A stretch of 56,607 nucleotides of DNA, counting the filler, from Platydemus manokwari (Eukaryota), in the NCBI GenBank assembly GCA_037951405.1. It is 5 parts of 5 records of this genome, joined end to end, with 100 filler letters (N's around TTAATTAATTAA, not from the genome) between each part and the next. Parts side by side here need not be neighbours in the genome. Positions count along the whole stretch, not along the records: positions 35,515 to 44,333 come from JBBMOY011344648.1; positions 44,434 to 56,607 come from JBBMOY010272226.1; 3 more parts are not named here. One strand, given 5' to 3'. Shown one piece after another: positions 39,301 to 50,877 of the stretch. The position numbers were made by a program, and so were the translations under genes. How positions within the stretch are numbered: position 1 is the first letter of the stretch; each line of letters begins with the position of its first letter. The notes beneath the pieces are model-generated. The model was not told where the DNA came from. It made no database searches and saw only the letters and a list, made by a program, of their open reading frames with translations.

Positions 39301-42300
39301 AATTGTTTTTAAAATTCTAAAAATAAATTAAAAGAAGATCGAAATTGTGAGAATTTTAAATTGAATTAAAAATTTTTAAAGGTTTGATTTTATATAAAAT
39401 TATACTGATTTGCTATAATAATTGTATTTTAATTACATAATTTAGCTTATGTTAAAAAATTGGGTCCTTTGACCTACTTGTGTAATAATGAATTTTCCCG
39501 CATGAGATATTTTTATAACTTAATTTTATATATAATTGAAAAGTTTGATTTATTCGTCTAATTCAGTTAATATCTCACTTGTTGTGATGTCTAATAGCGA
39601 CAAAACATGGTTTTTAAACCAAGTTCCTCGTCGAAAATTGTAAAAATGGAGAATATCTCTCAATTTGCTTATAATTTTAAAAACCAGGGTCCTAACTAGT
39701 TTTCAATAAATTACAATTCGACCTACTTTTATCCCTTTTCAAATAATCAAATTTTAAGAGATTTTTGAGCTCTAGTGTATTTAATATTTGATTTTAAACA
39801 ACTAAAATTCTTCTAAAGTGCTTATATAAAAAATTCTACATGTTTTAAACAATATTATTAAATAAACTATATAGATTTTTGCAATACATTCAACATATAA
39901 AAAAATTTCATTTTAGGACTTCTTTTCTCAACTTTAGCCAAAAATTGATATCGAAAAAACATAAATATTCAATTTAATTTGTTTGAATATTTTGATTAAA
40001 TATATTATTGTGTTATCGAGTTCATAGATTTATTTTCCATTCATGTTTTATAAAATAGTAGCAGTTAATAAAACCAATGTTATATTAAGGAAAAACTTTA
40101 TCTATAATTTTTTATTATCAATCTACCGATAGCAGACAATCTTCTTTTAGAATTATTATTAGAATGAAGCAACGTTTCGGCATCATACTGTAGTCAATTA
40201 AACACAGAACTGATAAGATTTGTTCGGTAAATTAGTTTGTACGGTAAAACAGTGAATTAACCAGACAAATTAAATTAACAAAAATACGTTGTTTATTAGT
40301 CGTTTGTTATTTTGTCAGAGGCGGAAATTGAAAGATTGTTCAATCACAAATAAAGCTTTTAACAAATTAACAATCTGGGTTATTTTTTGTTTCGAAAAAT
40401 TTCAGTAATAATTAACATTGAAAAAATTTACATATCGATCCTAATGTGTAATTTTCTCTTCTCTAAATACCTGTCGCATAATAATAAATGCTAGAAAAAT
40501 GGCTATAATTTATATCTGATTAGGGATATTTATTAATTTAATTAATCGAATTATTTGCCACGCAACTGGGTTGTCTTTGATGAGGGAAATTTTTCGAAAA
40601 ATAAATTCATTTTACAAAAGCAAATTTTATGCCAAATATCGACTTGCGTTTCACAAATAATTTACATCATTATTTCTTGCTTTTTCCTCAAATACTAATT
40701 AGCACACATCAGAAAACTGGTTTCAATTTCCAAATCCTATTTATACTTTTCTTTTATCTCTGATTTTCAAGTGCCGTAAAAACCCTGGGTGATAATTATA
40801 CGTTGGTTTGAATATACAGAAAAAAAAACAATTCCAAATTTCATTGTTGGTTTTTCACAAAAAACAAGCCAAATCAAACAATGAAGACAGCCAATTGTAA
40901 AATATGATCAAATGGAGAGCTTATATTTATTTTATTTGAATAAAATCTGTCTGAAAATTTCCAGCCCCATTTGAAGAGTTGAATTAGTTATTTCCTGCGA
41001 AACGAAAAATTCAATGGAAGTTCTGGATTTCAGAAAAAAATACTTCATTATTTGCCAATTCAACTCTTCTCTCATATTTTCGAGATACGTCCACGTAGAG
41101 CTAGGAAGAGCAATAATCTATTGTGTCAGACAATGCTGATAGAATTCAAAAAATGTTCATCATAAAATTAAATAGAAAATATTCATCTGTAATATAAATT
41201 AATTATTTGATTAAGTTTCCTCTGGGATTCTGAATGAATTGTAAAAATAAATAAGTTTTGTGATTGACCTTCACAAAGTTGAATAATGGAAAAAAAATAG
41301 AAAAAAATAATATAAAAATATTAATTGGAAACCCTAAGGCATATTTCAAATTAGAATGTGGTGAGAGAATGATTTATTTCGAATGAATATTGAAACAATA
41401 AAAATAAGAGATTAGTGAAATTTCTCTAGAAAAGAGTTACCAAGCAACGAGTTCAAAAGTATTTTAATCAATATCATCTTCATAAAGTCCTAAAAACCAT
41501 TTTCTTTTAATTTCTTGAGTCAATTCTGCAACAAATCCATTTTTTTCATCAAAATTTAAGAATTCGAACCAGGTTATTTATGTATTTTTCAATCTCTCTC
41601 CATCACAATGCTATATTTCTTCTTGCTATATTTATTAATCCATCAATGGTATAGAACAGAGGGTATGGATGCTTGTTGACCAAACAACTTGTAATCACAA
41701 TATGTAGTGTACCAATCAACCGATTTCGTAGTCAGTTATAATTATTAGTGTGAGATATTTCGAATGAATTTAATTTTATATAAATTAAAATTTAAATTCT
41801 AATTTATATTTATATTTATATTTATATAGAATTAGATTTATTTGTTTATAAATATATGTATTAAAATAGATTTGTGGTGTCTTGACTTTTCAGTTCGCTT
41901 TTAATGTGTGGTTTAGTATTGGAAGGAATTTTAAATTCACCATTTTATAATTTTGTAGCCCGCTTTACATAACTTCATCTAATTTCTACTATCCAACCAT
42001 ATTGAATTCTTATGATTGTATCACAGTTTTATCTCGCTTCCGAAATATTTACACTGCTGCCTAAAATATAGAAATATTATATAACACTTAATTTAATAAT
42101 TACAATAAAATCAACCTCTGGATAATAATAGCTGAAATTTATAAAAAGTAGTCTATGTACCTCAGTAATTTCCACAATTTCTAACTAGGGTTACTTATAC
42201 CCTTTTATTTTATTCTTATTACTGATTAAAGATAATAAATTAAATTTTCTTTCGAAAATCCGTTTGACATAACAGCTAAATATTTAATAAACCATTTCAT

Positions 42301-43154
42301 TTTAATAAAATTCTAAGTCGAACACTACTTTATTTCTTGCCCAATAGAATAAAATTTCATAAACCGAGAAATGAATAGACCATGTGAATGTTTAGTATGC
42401 TTGACAAAATTATTTTTTATTAGAATTTTCTTATTGATTTTTTTTCTTCAGTTGATCTTAAAGCACACTGCAATCTTTTTATTTCAGAAACCAATCTTCT
42501 TCCAACTTAGTGTTGAATATTTTATAATATTAATCATTGGAAGTCAAGGCTAAGTTGAAGTAATTGTGGAATTGTATGTGACATTGTAAATGTTACTGGT
42601 GACTTCACAAGAAATTTTATTAAAATCGATTAACACTGATTACGGTTAATAAAATATCTTACATCTATATACAAATACAAGTGGTTTTCGTCAATATTTC
42701 GTGATAGCAACTGAATATCTTTAGTTGTTTCTTGTAAGTCAAAATCAGATTACTGTACATAAGAGGTGGCCAATTTGTTCTTTTTAAATTTATTTAAATT
42801 TTCATGTTCCTCATATCCCTTCTTTTTAAAATTTTAAATACATTCCTTCTTATCACTGTGGCATTTTCATCTAGTTATTACTAACTCCTTTCACGATTCT
42901 TTCCCATCACTTCATGCGTGCCCTCATATCTTTCATGATTTTTGTAGCGTACTTCTTTTTTTGCTAATACCTTGTCTCTATCTTAAATTTCCGGTTTGTT
43001 ATTTCCACAATTTCACAATTTTGTGACTCCCCAATGGTTATTTTTATTTCTTCTCCATCTAATTTACTATTGGTATATCAGTGTGATATGGCTATTTGTC
43101 TCCCAAAGTTAATTGATTAATATACCTCTCTTCTAATCGATTTATTCCAGGATT

Positions 43155-43205
<51 letters not shown>
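43155..43205. repeat. Compound (CA)n(TA)n microsatellite
   Basis: Read directly. Confidence 0.95.
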
Positions 43206-44333
43206 TTCAATATGGATATCTAAGGACTTTTCAAAGAGATAAATCGGGTATTTTATCCGACACTATTAGAAAAAGTGTCAGTTATTCAGGTGTGTTATTC
43301 TGTTCGTCAATACTTTAGTTTCTTTTATTTTAACAGTGTAACAAGCATGGAAACACGACCAGAGTCATATCATAGACATCTTTTACAGACATAAAGAATA
43401 AAGAGATATTTTATAATTAATTAGCTAGTTGTATAGAAAAACTATATTGCATTCGAACTAGTTTGATATCACGTCATTTGTTTTACTAAAAATAATGATA
43501 TTAACCGAGTTTACTAAGAAGTTAAGGAAATTTAAGTAAGAATGAAATGAATGAGATATCTTTAGATTCACTTAGGATTGATGGCTAATCTTTTGAAATT
43601 TGAATGACCTCAATATTAATAAAAATAATGATATTTATTTCACATAAGCTAAATCGGTCCTTTGTGGTGGGAGTGCACCCTCATGTCAACTTTAAATTGA
43701 CTTATTAGTTTTTCTATTCTAATTGACTTGGATGAGAAGAAATATTGTATCTTTTCTTTGATCACACAAACAGTCCCGAGAATTGAGATGTTATTTTTGG
43801 GATCTTTTCTTCAATTCTGTTGAACGGTATGTCATTGGCTCCCAGAGTTTTTCAGAGTTGTTTTCGAGCATGAAACATGAAATCAATTAAAATTGAGAAT
43901 TGGCAGAGATAGCTGGTCGAATGGTGAGCAACCTGGATGGTTGTTATTAGACTTCAAGGTTTGACTAGGACTTCACCCATTCTCGAAAAGCACTGGATTG
44001 GTGGGACAGACTGAATTCTTCTGATTGATCAACTGAGGCCGTCAAAAAGGCCAAACTGAATTAATGCTTCTAAATATAATTAAAATAAATTATAATTTTT
44101 TATATTTTTTAATAATTTTTTATAATTCCAACATTTCAATAAATAAATTGAATCAAATTCCCCGAGGACCATATAAATATTTATGGATTTTTCTGCTCCA
44201 GGAACATTATCAATTACATAATGAATTTTTCTTTCATTTGCTATCGAATTTATTCCATACTATTGAATATTTCAATGTGAATTAATAACATAACAATATC
44301 ACTTTAATTATATTAAATTAATCGATAATAGAA

Positions 44334-44433
44334 NNNNNNNNNNNNNNNNNNNNNNNNNNNNNNNNNNNNNNNNNNNNTTAATTAATTAANNNNNNNNNNN
44401 NNNNNNNNNNNNNNNNNNNNNNNNNNNNNNNNN
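44334..44433. other. Assembly gap with six-frame-stop linker
   Basis: 44 N + TTAATTAATTAA + 44 N, followed by (TTA)n. Confidence 0.98.
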
Positions 44434-44467
<34 letters not shown>

Positions 44468-44699
44468 CGATATATTGATCAATTGCTAATGTTGTATCAC
44501 AATTTTGTATTTCAATGTAGTTCATTTCATTTATTTTGTAAAGATTTTAAGATGGAAAGTAACAATTAGTCTCATTGAATAAAACACATTAAGCAAAAAT
44601 TCAATAAAGAGATAACATTTACAACTTACAATCAATGTACGAAATCAATAATGGCAGATAAACAATATCAATTCAATGCAAACAGAATATGCGATCCAT

Positions 44700-45630
44700 T
44701 AAGGTTACAGAACTCTAAAGAGGAGAATCATAAGAATGGAATCATTCCTGATGGTCAGCATAATAAAAAATTAGGAGAATCCTAACAGTATACTGGAATC
44801 GATGATCTAATCAATTCCCGGAGATTTGATAACCTTATAATTTTGTTTTTGTTTCAATTCGATGACTTTAATACTCGTATGATGACGTTTAACGTATTTA
44901 TCAAAAATTATAATCTTCAATAATATTCGCAGGTTGTTAATTATACATTCCTTGCTTATATTATTAGTCTCTTTTATAATAAACTTGCTACAAACAAAAA
45001 CTTAATTCGATGATGATATTTTATCAAAATGTGAAATGAAATCTATTTCTCTAATATGAAAAATTGCTGTTTTATAAAAACTATTGACACCAATCCACAA
45101 TTTAACAACAAAACAATTAATTTGCGACAAATACTGATACACTAAAGAAGTTGGTTACTAAGTCCCACAAATGAGTAAAACGTTTGATCAAGGACGAGAC
45201 TTGATTTATATAAAGGAAGATTATACGCATGATATATGTAACGAAAATTTTACAATAACGTATCTTACTTTTACCAATGGCTGGATGATTTTAATCTTAT
45301 ACTCTTCCCACCAATAGGGTTACCGGGTAAATAACATCAACGACCACTGAACAAATGACTTCAAATTGGATAATGTCCTTCCTATCAAATTCCATCTTCA
45401 ATGGTTGAAAATTTTACGTGCTAATGGTCTCTTATAGTGGCAAACTTTATGTATTGTTGGCTTATTGATACATTTCAATTTGAGTGGATTTTATTCTATT
45501 GTATTTTATATAAATTCTGGAAAGAAAAAGATTATTTAATACCTTATCTAAATAATAGCAATTTTTCTCAATATTAATTGTCATGAGGATTTTCTTATTA
45601 TTTTAATTATTGACAGTTACCATAGGGGTT
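44700..45630 (+). repeat. Highly diverged copy of the unclassified repeat family (C-like then A-like parts)
   Basis: GAGGAGAATCAT (~44720), then A-like anchors tatcttac, atactcttcc, atagggt, gtcatgaggattt in the same order as 25597-26000. Confidence 0.4.
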
Positions 45631-46693
45631 ATAATTCTGGGTATTATTTAATATATTACTATTTTTTATTGAATATTTTTATGCGGGTTATAAATAAACC
45701 ATTTCTACTCTTCCAATAGTACTTAAAAAATTAAAAATTGATATTATTTCTAGTATATTAACGACAACCCAATAAAATGTTTAAAAATAAAAGAAAATTC
45801 TACAATAAACATTCATATAATAATTTTTTCTGTGGCTTCTGTCTAAGTAAAATTCTAAACATTTAGAATGTTGAAAAGAGATAAAACTGAGTTATAAAAC
45901 GAAATTTCGAGTATAATATTTGTTTCATCGCTATTACAAGTGATTTTTTACCATTTGTAATGAATCTTCATAAGCTTTCGATAACTATACTATGACCTTT
46001 GTACTCAACCCGTTAATTAAAAATTAGTGTTATCTTAGATTGTTAATTGATTTCATCAACTTCTGTCATTTTTAATAATGTAATATTACTAGTTCTTTTA
46101 AAATGATTATCGAAATAATTATGCTGATACGCTTGTCTGAAAACATTAAAAATTAAAATATAAAATGATTATTGGAACAATAATAAATAAGAAATTAAAA
46201 TAATTACTTAAAATTTTTTACAATACTTTGAATATTATGTTAATTTAACTTAATGTTACGAATTATACATTTAAATATTAATATACATCATAATATATCG
46301 AATATTATTTCATTTTAGTTTTTGATTTAAAATTAAAATCTAAAATAATTCATTTATTTACGTAGTTGATACTGTAGATTTACATTTATTTTATATAGAA
46401 CTGCATTTCGATAATTCATTAAATACTATTAGGTTTAATGTTTTTGCTATAGAGTAAATATTTACTGTTTTATTTTCATAAGCCAGATAAAAAACGAATT
46501 CGATGTTCAGAAAACTTAATAAGCTACATATCAATAATATATTTATTTGTTTAAGTTAATTATTTTGTATAAATATATGTGTTTATCATTGAATTGTTTT
46601 TAAAATATATATGATGATTAATAAACAAATTTATCATTTTAAATATTTCTAAAATCTATCATTTTAATTATTATTAATGATTTATAGCTTATT

Positions 46694-46761
46694 ATGAAAA
46701 TGTTTTTAAATAAGAATACTGAGCTAGCCCCTACACCTCCCACTCGATCATCGAGTACTCT
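46694..46761 (+). CDS. pak1: Group I PAK kinase, coding exon 1 (Nck-site-like motif)
   Basis: MKMFLNKNTELAPTPPTRSSST resembles PAK1 PPAPPMRNTS. Phase-2 donor |gtatgt, 47-nt intron. Confidence 0.8.
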
Positions 46762-46808
46762 GTATGTTCTATTTTTGCATAGTGCATTATTTAGAAATTT
46801 TAACTCAG

Positions 46809-46900
46809 TAAAAAGAAAGAGAAAGTTAGTCAAGACGCTCCGCCTGCAAAGCCACTTCCATTACTTCCAAAATCAGATAAAGAAAAGAAGAAAAAGAAAA
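46809..46900 (+). CDS. pak1: PAK exon 2 (KPLP motif and lysine-rich tract)
   Basis: ctcag| then KKKEKVSQDAPPAKPLPLLPKSDKEKKKKK (cf. KPLPPNPEEKKKK). Phase-1 donor gtaatt, 44-nt intron. Confidence 0.85.
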
Positions 46901-46944
46901 GTAATTATGAAATCATTTATGAAATGATAACATTGCATTTGTAG

Positions 46945-47057
46945 TAAAAATTTTTCGTTTGCGTAAATCTCCAGATCCAATTCAAGAGATCTCAGCACCT
47001 ACATGTGTAAGTCACGAACTCCATGTAGAGTTTGATGCTCAGACAGGTCAAATCAAT
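46945..47057 (+). CDS. pak1: PAK exon 3 (CRIB motif)
   Basis: tttgtag| ..EISAPTCVSHELHVEFDAQTGQIN |gtaatt. Confidence 0.88.
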
Positions 47058-47108
47058 GTAATTTTTGTTCTAATTATTGAAATGGAATTATTTTGGCATT
47101 TAATCAAG

Positions 47109-47265
47109 GGCCTTCCTTCAGCATGGAGTTCTATGTTAATGGCATCTAATATTAGTAAAATTGATCAAGAAAAGAATCCTGAAGTAATAATGGAAGTTTT
47201 GCAATGTTTCAATGACGCTGCTAAGTCAAAACAAAAATATATGACTCACATGTCTCAAGCAACAA
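47109..47265 (+). CDS. pak1: PAK exon 4 (autoinhibitory switch)
   Basis: caag| GLPSAWSSMLMASNISKIDQEKNPEVIMEVLQCF..KQKYM (cf. [34 protein letters not shown]..QKYM) |gtatga. Confidence 0.88.
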
Positions 47266-47313
47266 GTATGATGAAATTATCATTTTATTAATTAACTTTT
47301 CTTTTTTCTTAAG

Positions 47314-47331
47314 GTTCCAGTGGATCTACTG
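47314..47331 (+). CDS. pak1: PAK exon 5, 18-nt phase 1-1 microexon
   Basis: Polypyrimidine tract cttttcttttttcttaag| GTTCCAGTGGATCTACTG |gtatgt. Flanking introns 48 and 50 nt. Confidence 0.7.
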
Positions 47332-47381
47332 GTATGTATATGATTCATGTAAATAACAAGAAATCAATAATTTATTTTCAG

Positions 47382-47623
47382 AATCTGTACCCACACCACG
47401 TTCACAGTCTCAACACAATCAAGAATCAGAAGATAGTTTATTTAGCTTAGAATACGAACCGGGCTCATTAAATGGCTCACAGGATGCTATTGGAAATGGT
47501 TCTGGTCATTGGAGAATCAGCGGTCAATCTACAAACCATTCATCAATAGCTGATTCGAGCGGTTATGGAAATCAATTAGAAAATGATGAATCATCATCTG
47601 GATTTATAGAATCTTCATTAGCC
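47382..47623 (+). CDS. pak1: PAK exon 6 (Ser/acidic linker)
   Basis: tttattttcag| open frame ESVPTPRSQSQHN..GFIESSLA |gtaagt; phases match both neighbours. Confidence 0.85.
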
Positions 47624-50600
47624 GTAAGTGATGATTTTTTAATATAATATAAAACAGGTTCTATTTATTGCGATAATATTTTCCATTTTCGACAGAAAAC
47701 AAATTATTTGAAAAATATTTGTACTATTGTATTATTTGGCAACAAGGCTAAATGTGAATTTTATCAACCATTGTTAACATCGCTGTTGAATTTTTAATTA
47801 AGATTTTACTGCATTGCTGTTGGTGTCTGTAATGTGAGCTGTCCAATCACAACGGTTCCATCCATGTGTGTTCATCTCTGTATGTGTTGGTGTGTTAGTA
47901 CGGTATGGGAAATTCTCTAATGTGTTAATGACAAAATTACATCCTCGTTGCGCTGTATCCGTGTCGAATTGGTTTTGATGACAATCGATTGTGTATGCGT
48001 ATTGCAGTTATGTACCGCCATGTGAGTGTGTTGCTAACGATGACTAGACGTACTCGTTGAATTGTGTGAATCAACAGCAGCTTGTTTTGGTTTCCTGCTG
48101 TGTTGTAAGAATTTAACGCTGAAGTTCGTCCAATGTCAATTGAATAGATCATCAATAGCCGTTGTCTGGTTGCCCACAAAATCCAATCATTATATTGCAT
48201 TCATTTGGTCGACTAATGGCTGAATTTATCCATTTTGTGGGCTCCTTCCATCATTAGAATTTATTGCGTCAGTCATGGCAAACTGTGACTCGAATAAAGT
48301 GCTGCTGCCATTTCAATGGGTGGTCCTCAATTATTAGTGGTTGCAGAGATTTGTCGAGTTTTGTTCGCGACAGGTCAAAAATCACTGAGTTTTATCGATG
48401 TATCTAACTAAGCCACTAATTAACATTTATCAAATCGAAAAATGCCAATCTGTCTACATTGTTCTTCATTTGGACTGGCTTAATACGGCTTAAGATTATG
48501 GAAATCACATTACATCACACGTATTACACAACCCATTGAAATCAATTGTGTTCGTCTGATACCAATTGGTTGATGAGAAATGTTCTCTTCCAATATTATG
48601 ATTCAACAATGTATATCGATTACGTCATCCATTGGTCATGGCCAGATTATTATTATCAGATTCGATTAATCGATGTTCGTATTCGATCACATGAAACTCC
48701 ACTTAATTATTTTTATCTTCACATTATTAATGTCATTATTTGGATACCCAAAAATTTTTAAAAAATCGCATATTTTTATTAATATGGTAGCATTTAAATT
48801 TGATATTTGCCATTTTTTCCCAACCTCTTCATATCAAAATCCACTTGTAACTGTCGCAATAAAACTCACGGTAAAATACTTTCAGTTTTTTGTTTATTTT
48901 ATGAAATTCTTGCCCATCAATTCGATATCATCGATAATGTCTGCGAATTCGGTGCTGATTTTCTATATATTCCATTAATTTTTATCGAGCATTTCCGCGG
49001 GATATATTTTTAAATATAGTCTTCATCGGTGAGATTTTCTTTGCTTTTAATTTCATCAATTGTGACTCAGCTTCTTTACAGTGTTTTTTGCTGGTCGTTA
49101 TTTTTGTGTTTATCTATTTAAAATCATCCAATCATCAATTTTCATTCCTAATCTGATTGCGCCGATGAAATTCGATTTTTTACGATTCTATTTTTAGTAA
49201 TATTGTTATTTTTAAGATTTCCCTCGTTTCGTTTTCAGATATTATTATCAAATTATTAATTTATCGAATCACCAATGTTAGAAAATTTAATTTTATTTAA
49301 TACTCATGATTGATAATCATTACCAGTAACATCTGCAAATGGGATGATAAATGATCTGACTTCAGTGATTTTATTATTATCATTGATGTATGATGATTAT
49401 ATCTTACCTTGAATATTATTTTCGCTAAATTATTTTTTCCAACAAGCACCAACCAAGACAAAATATTGGTTTTTTATTTGGCATCGGTTTACTTATGTGT
49501 GTATGCGCGTGTATTATAAGAGAATTATGTTCCCTTCACTTCAATTTGGATGGTTGTGTTTATGTTGTACAATAATTGTGCAAGTGTGTATTTTTATTTC
49601 AGCTGAAGATAGACAAGCATGTTCGATTGAAAAATCATTTTCTTTCTCTCTCGCATTTACCAAAATACCGTTTTTTCAGTAGAGCAAATATAAAATACGC
49701 TTACACACACTCGGTCACAGGTTTTATGATGACTAATTCAAATCGTATTGGTCATTTACCGATGCCCTTTTAGTGCAATATTTTCATAGAGAAGTTATCT
49801 GGAAATTCTGTATTTTGTTTATATTTATTGTATTTTTAACAAATGGTCACAGATTGAAATGTGTATATATTATGAAATAATAAATTTAACATTTATATTA
49901 TAAAATTTATTGATATTGAAATCAGTTTGTATTGTGTGATGTCATATTATGGGTAATATTTTTATATAAATAATTATTTTTGTCGATGTGTGTAGCCTCC
50001 GTATTTACATTCGCTGCAGTACTTCTAAGCCAAATTATTTTCATCAATTTATTTTGGTTTTATTCCAATACACCACATACCTTTAATCAAAGTGTCTACA
50101 AGTAATCGTGCCAAATCTTAAGTCCGAGCTATAATTATATGTAAACAAGCATCAGTACTTAAAAAATGATTTTCTGTGAATTTTATTTATATTTTTATTT
50201 GAATTAATTTGATTTTATCTATTTGAAATCAACCAAACATTAATTTTTATTCTATAAATTATGATTTTTACTTAATTGAAAAGAAATTATATGGATGATT
50301 GATTAATAACAGTGAGTAAAAACTGCCCATAAACTTCATGAAATCGTGTAATATTGTGAATTTTTTTTGACAACTCTGGTAGGACTTCAACTAGCTACAA
50401 CCCGAAAAGAGGTATCTCAGTAACTCGACCATGACATTTATTTAACTAATAAGGTTTGAAAGGTTCTTTCTGTTACGATTGTTGATCGGTCATGTTAATA
50501 GATTTTTGCTTATTCAATAAGTATATTTTGTTGAATAACGAATTTTCCCAATGCTAATACATCAAATGCCTAATCGATCAGGATGAATTTTATCATAAAT

Positions 50601-50877
50601 GTTTTTTGAGGTGTATATGTGTTTCTGTCTCTAAAAATGTACATCTTATGTAAAGTTGCTTTCACATTCGATATCCATATGTGAATTAATGTTTTCATAT
50701 AATTTCATTTCATAAGCGTTTGATCCTTATCTATTTACCTGATATTTAACAGGCTGACACTTAGCATATAGTATATAGTTAAACTGAAAGTTTTACAGAA
50801 ATATCAGATAAATAACGGCTAAAGAAAAATCTTAAATTACTTTTAACTTAATAATTGAATATCTGATATCTTTTCAG

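Noticed and set aside
40160-40220. Possible Penelope-type hammerhead ribozyme (minus strand ttgactacagtatgatgccgaaacgttg)
   Set aside because: GAAAC half is present but the CUGAUGA core is degenerate and stems could not be established.
43640-44065. GC-richer LTR-like island (similar one at ~16270-17090)
   Set aside because: No termini, TSD or second copy in the window, so not supportable as a feature.
46762-46927. ORF 46694-46927 as a standalone 77-aa protein
   Set aside because: PAK exon 1 running through an intron and the wrong frame of exon 2.
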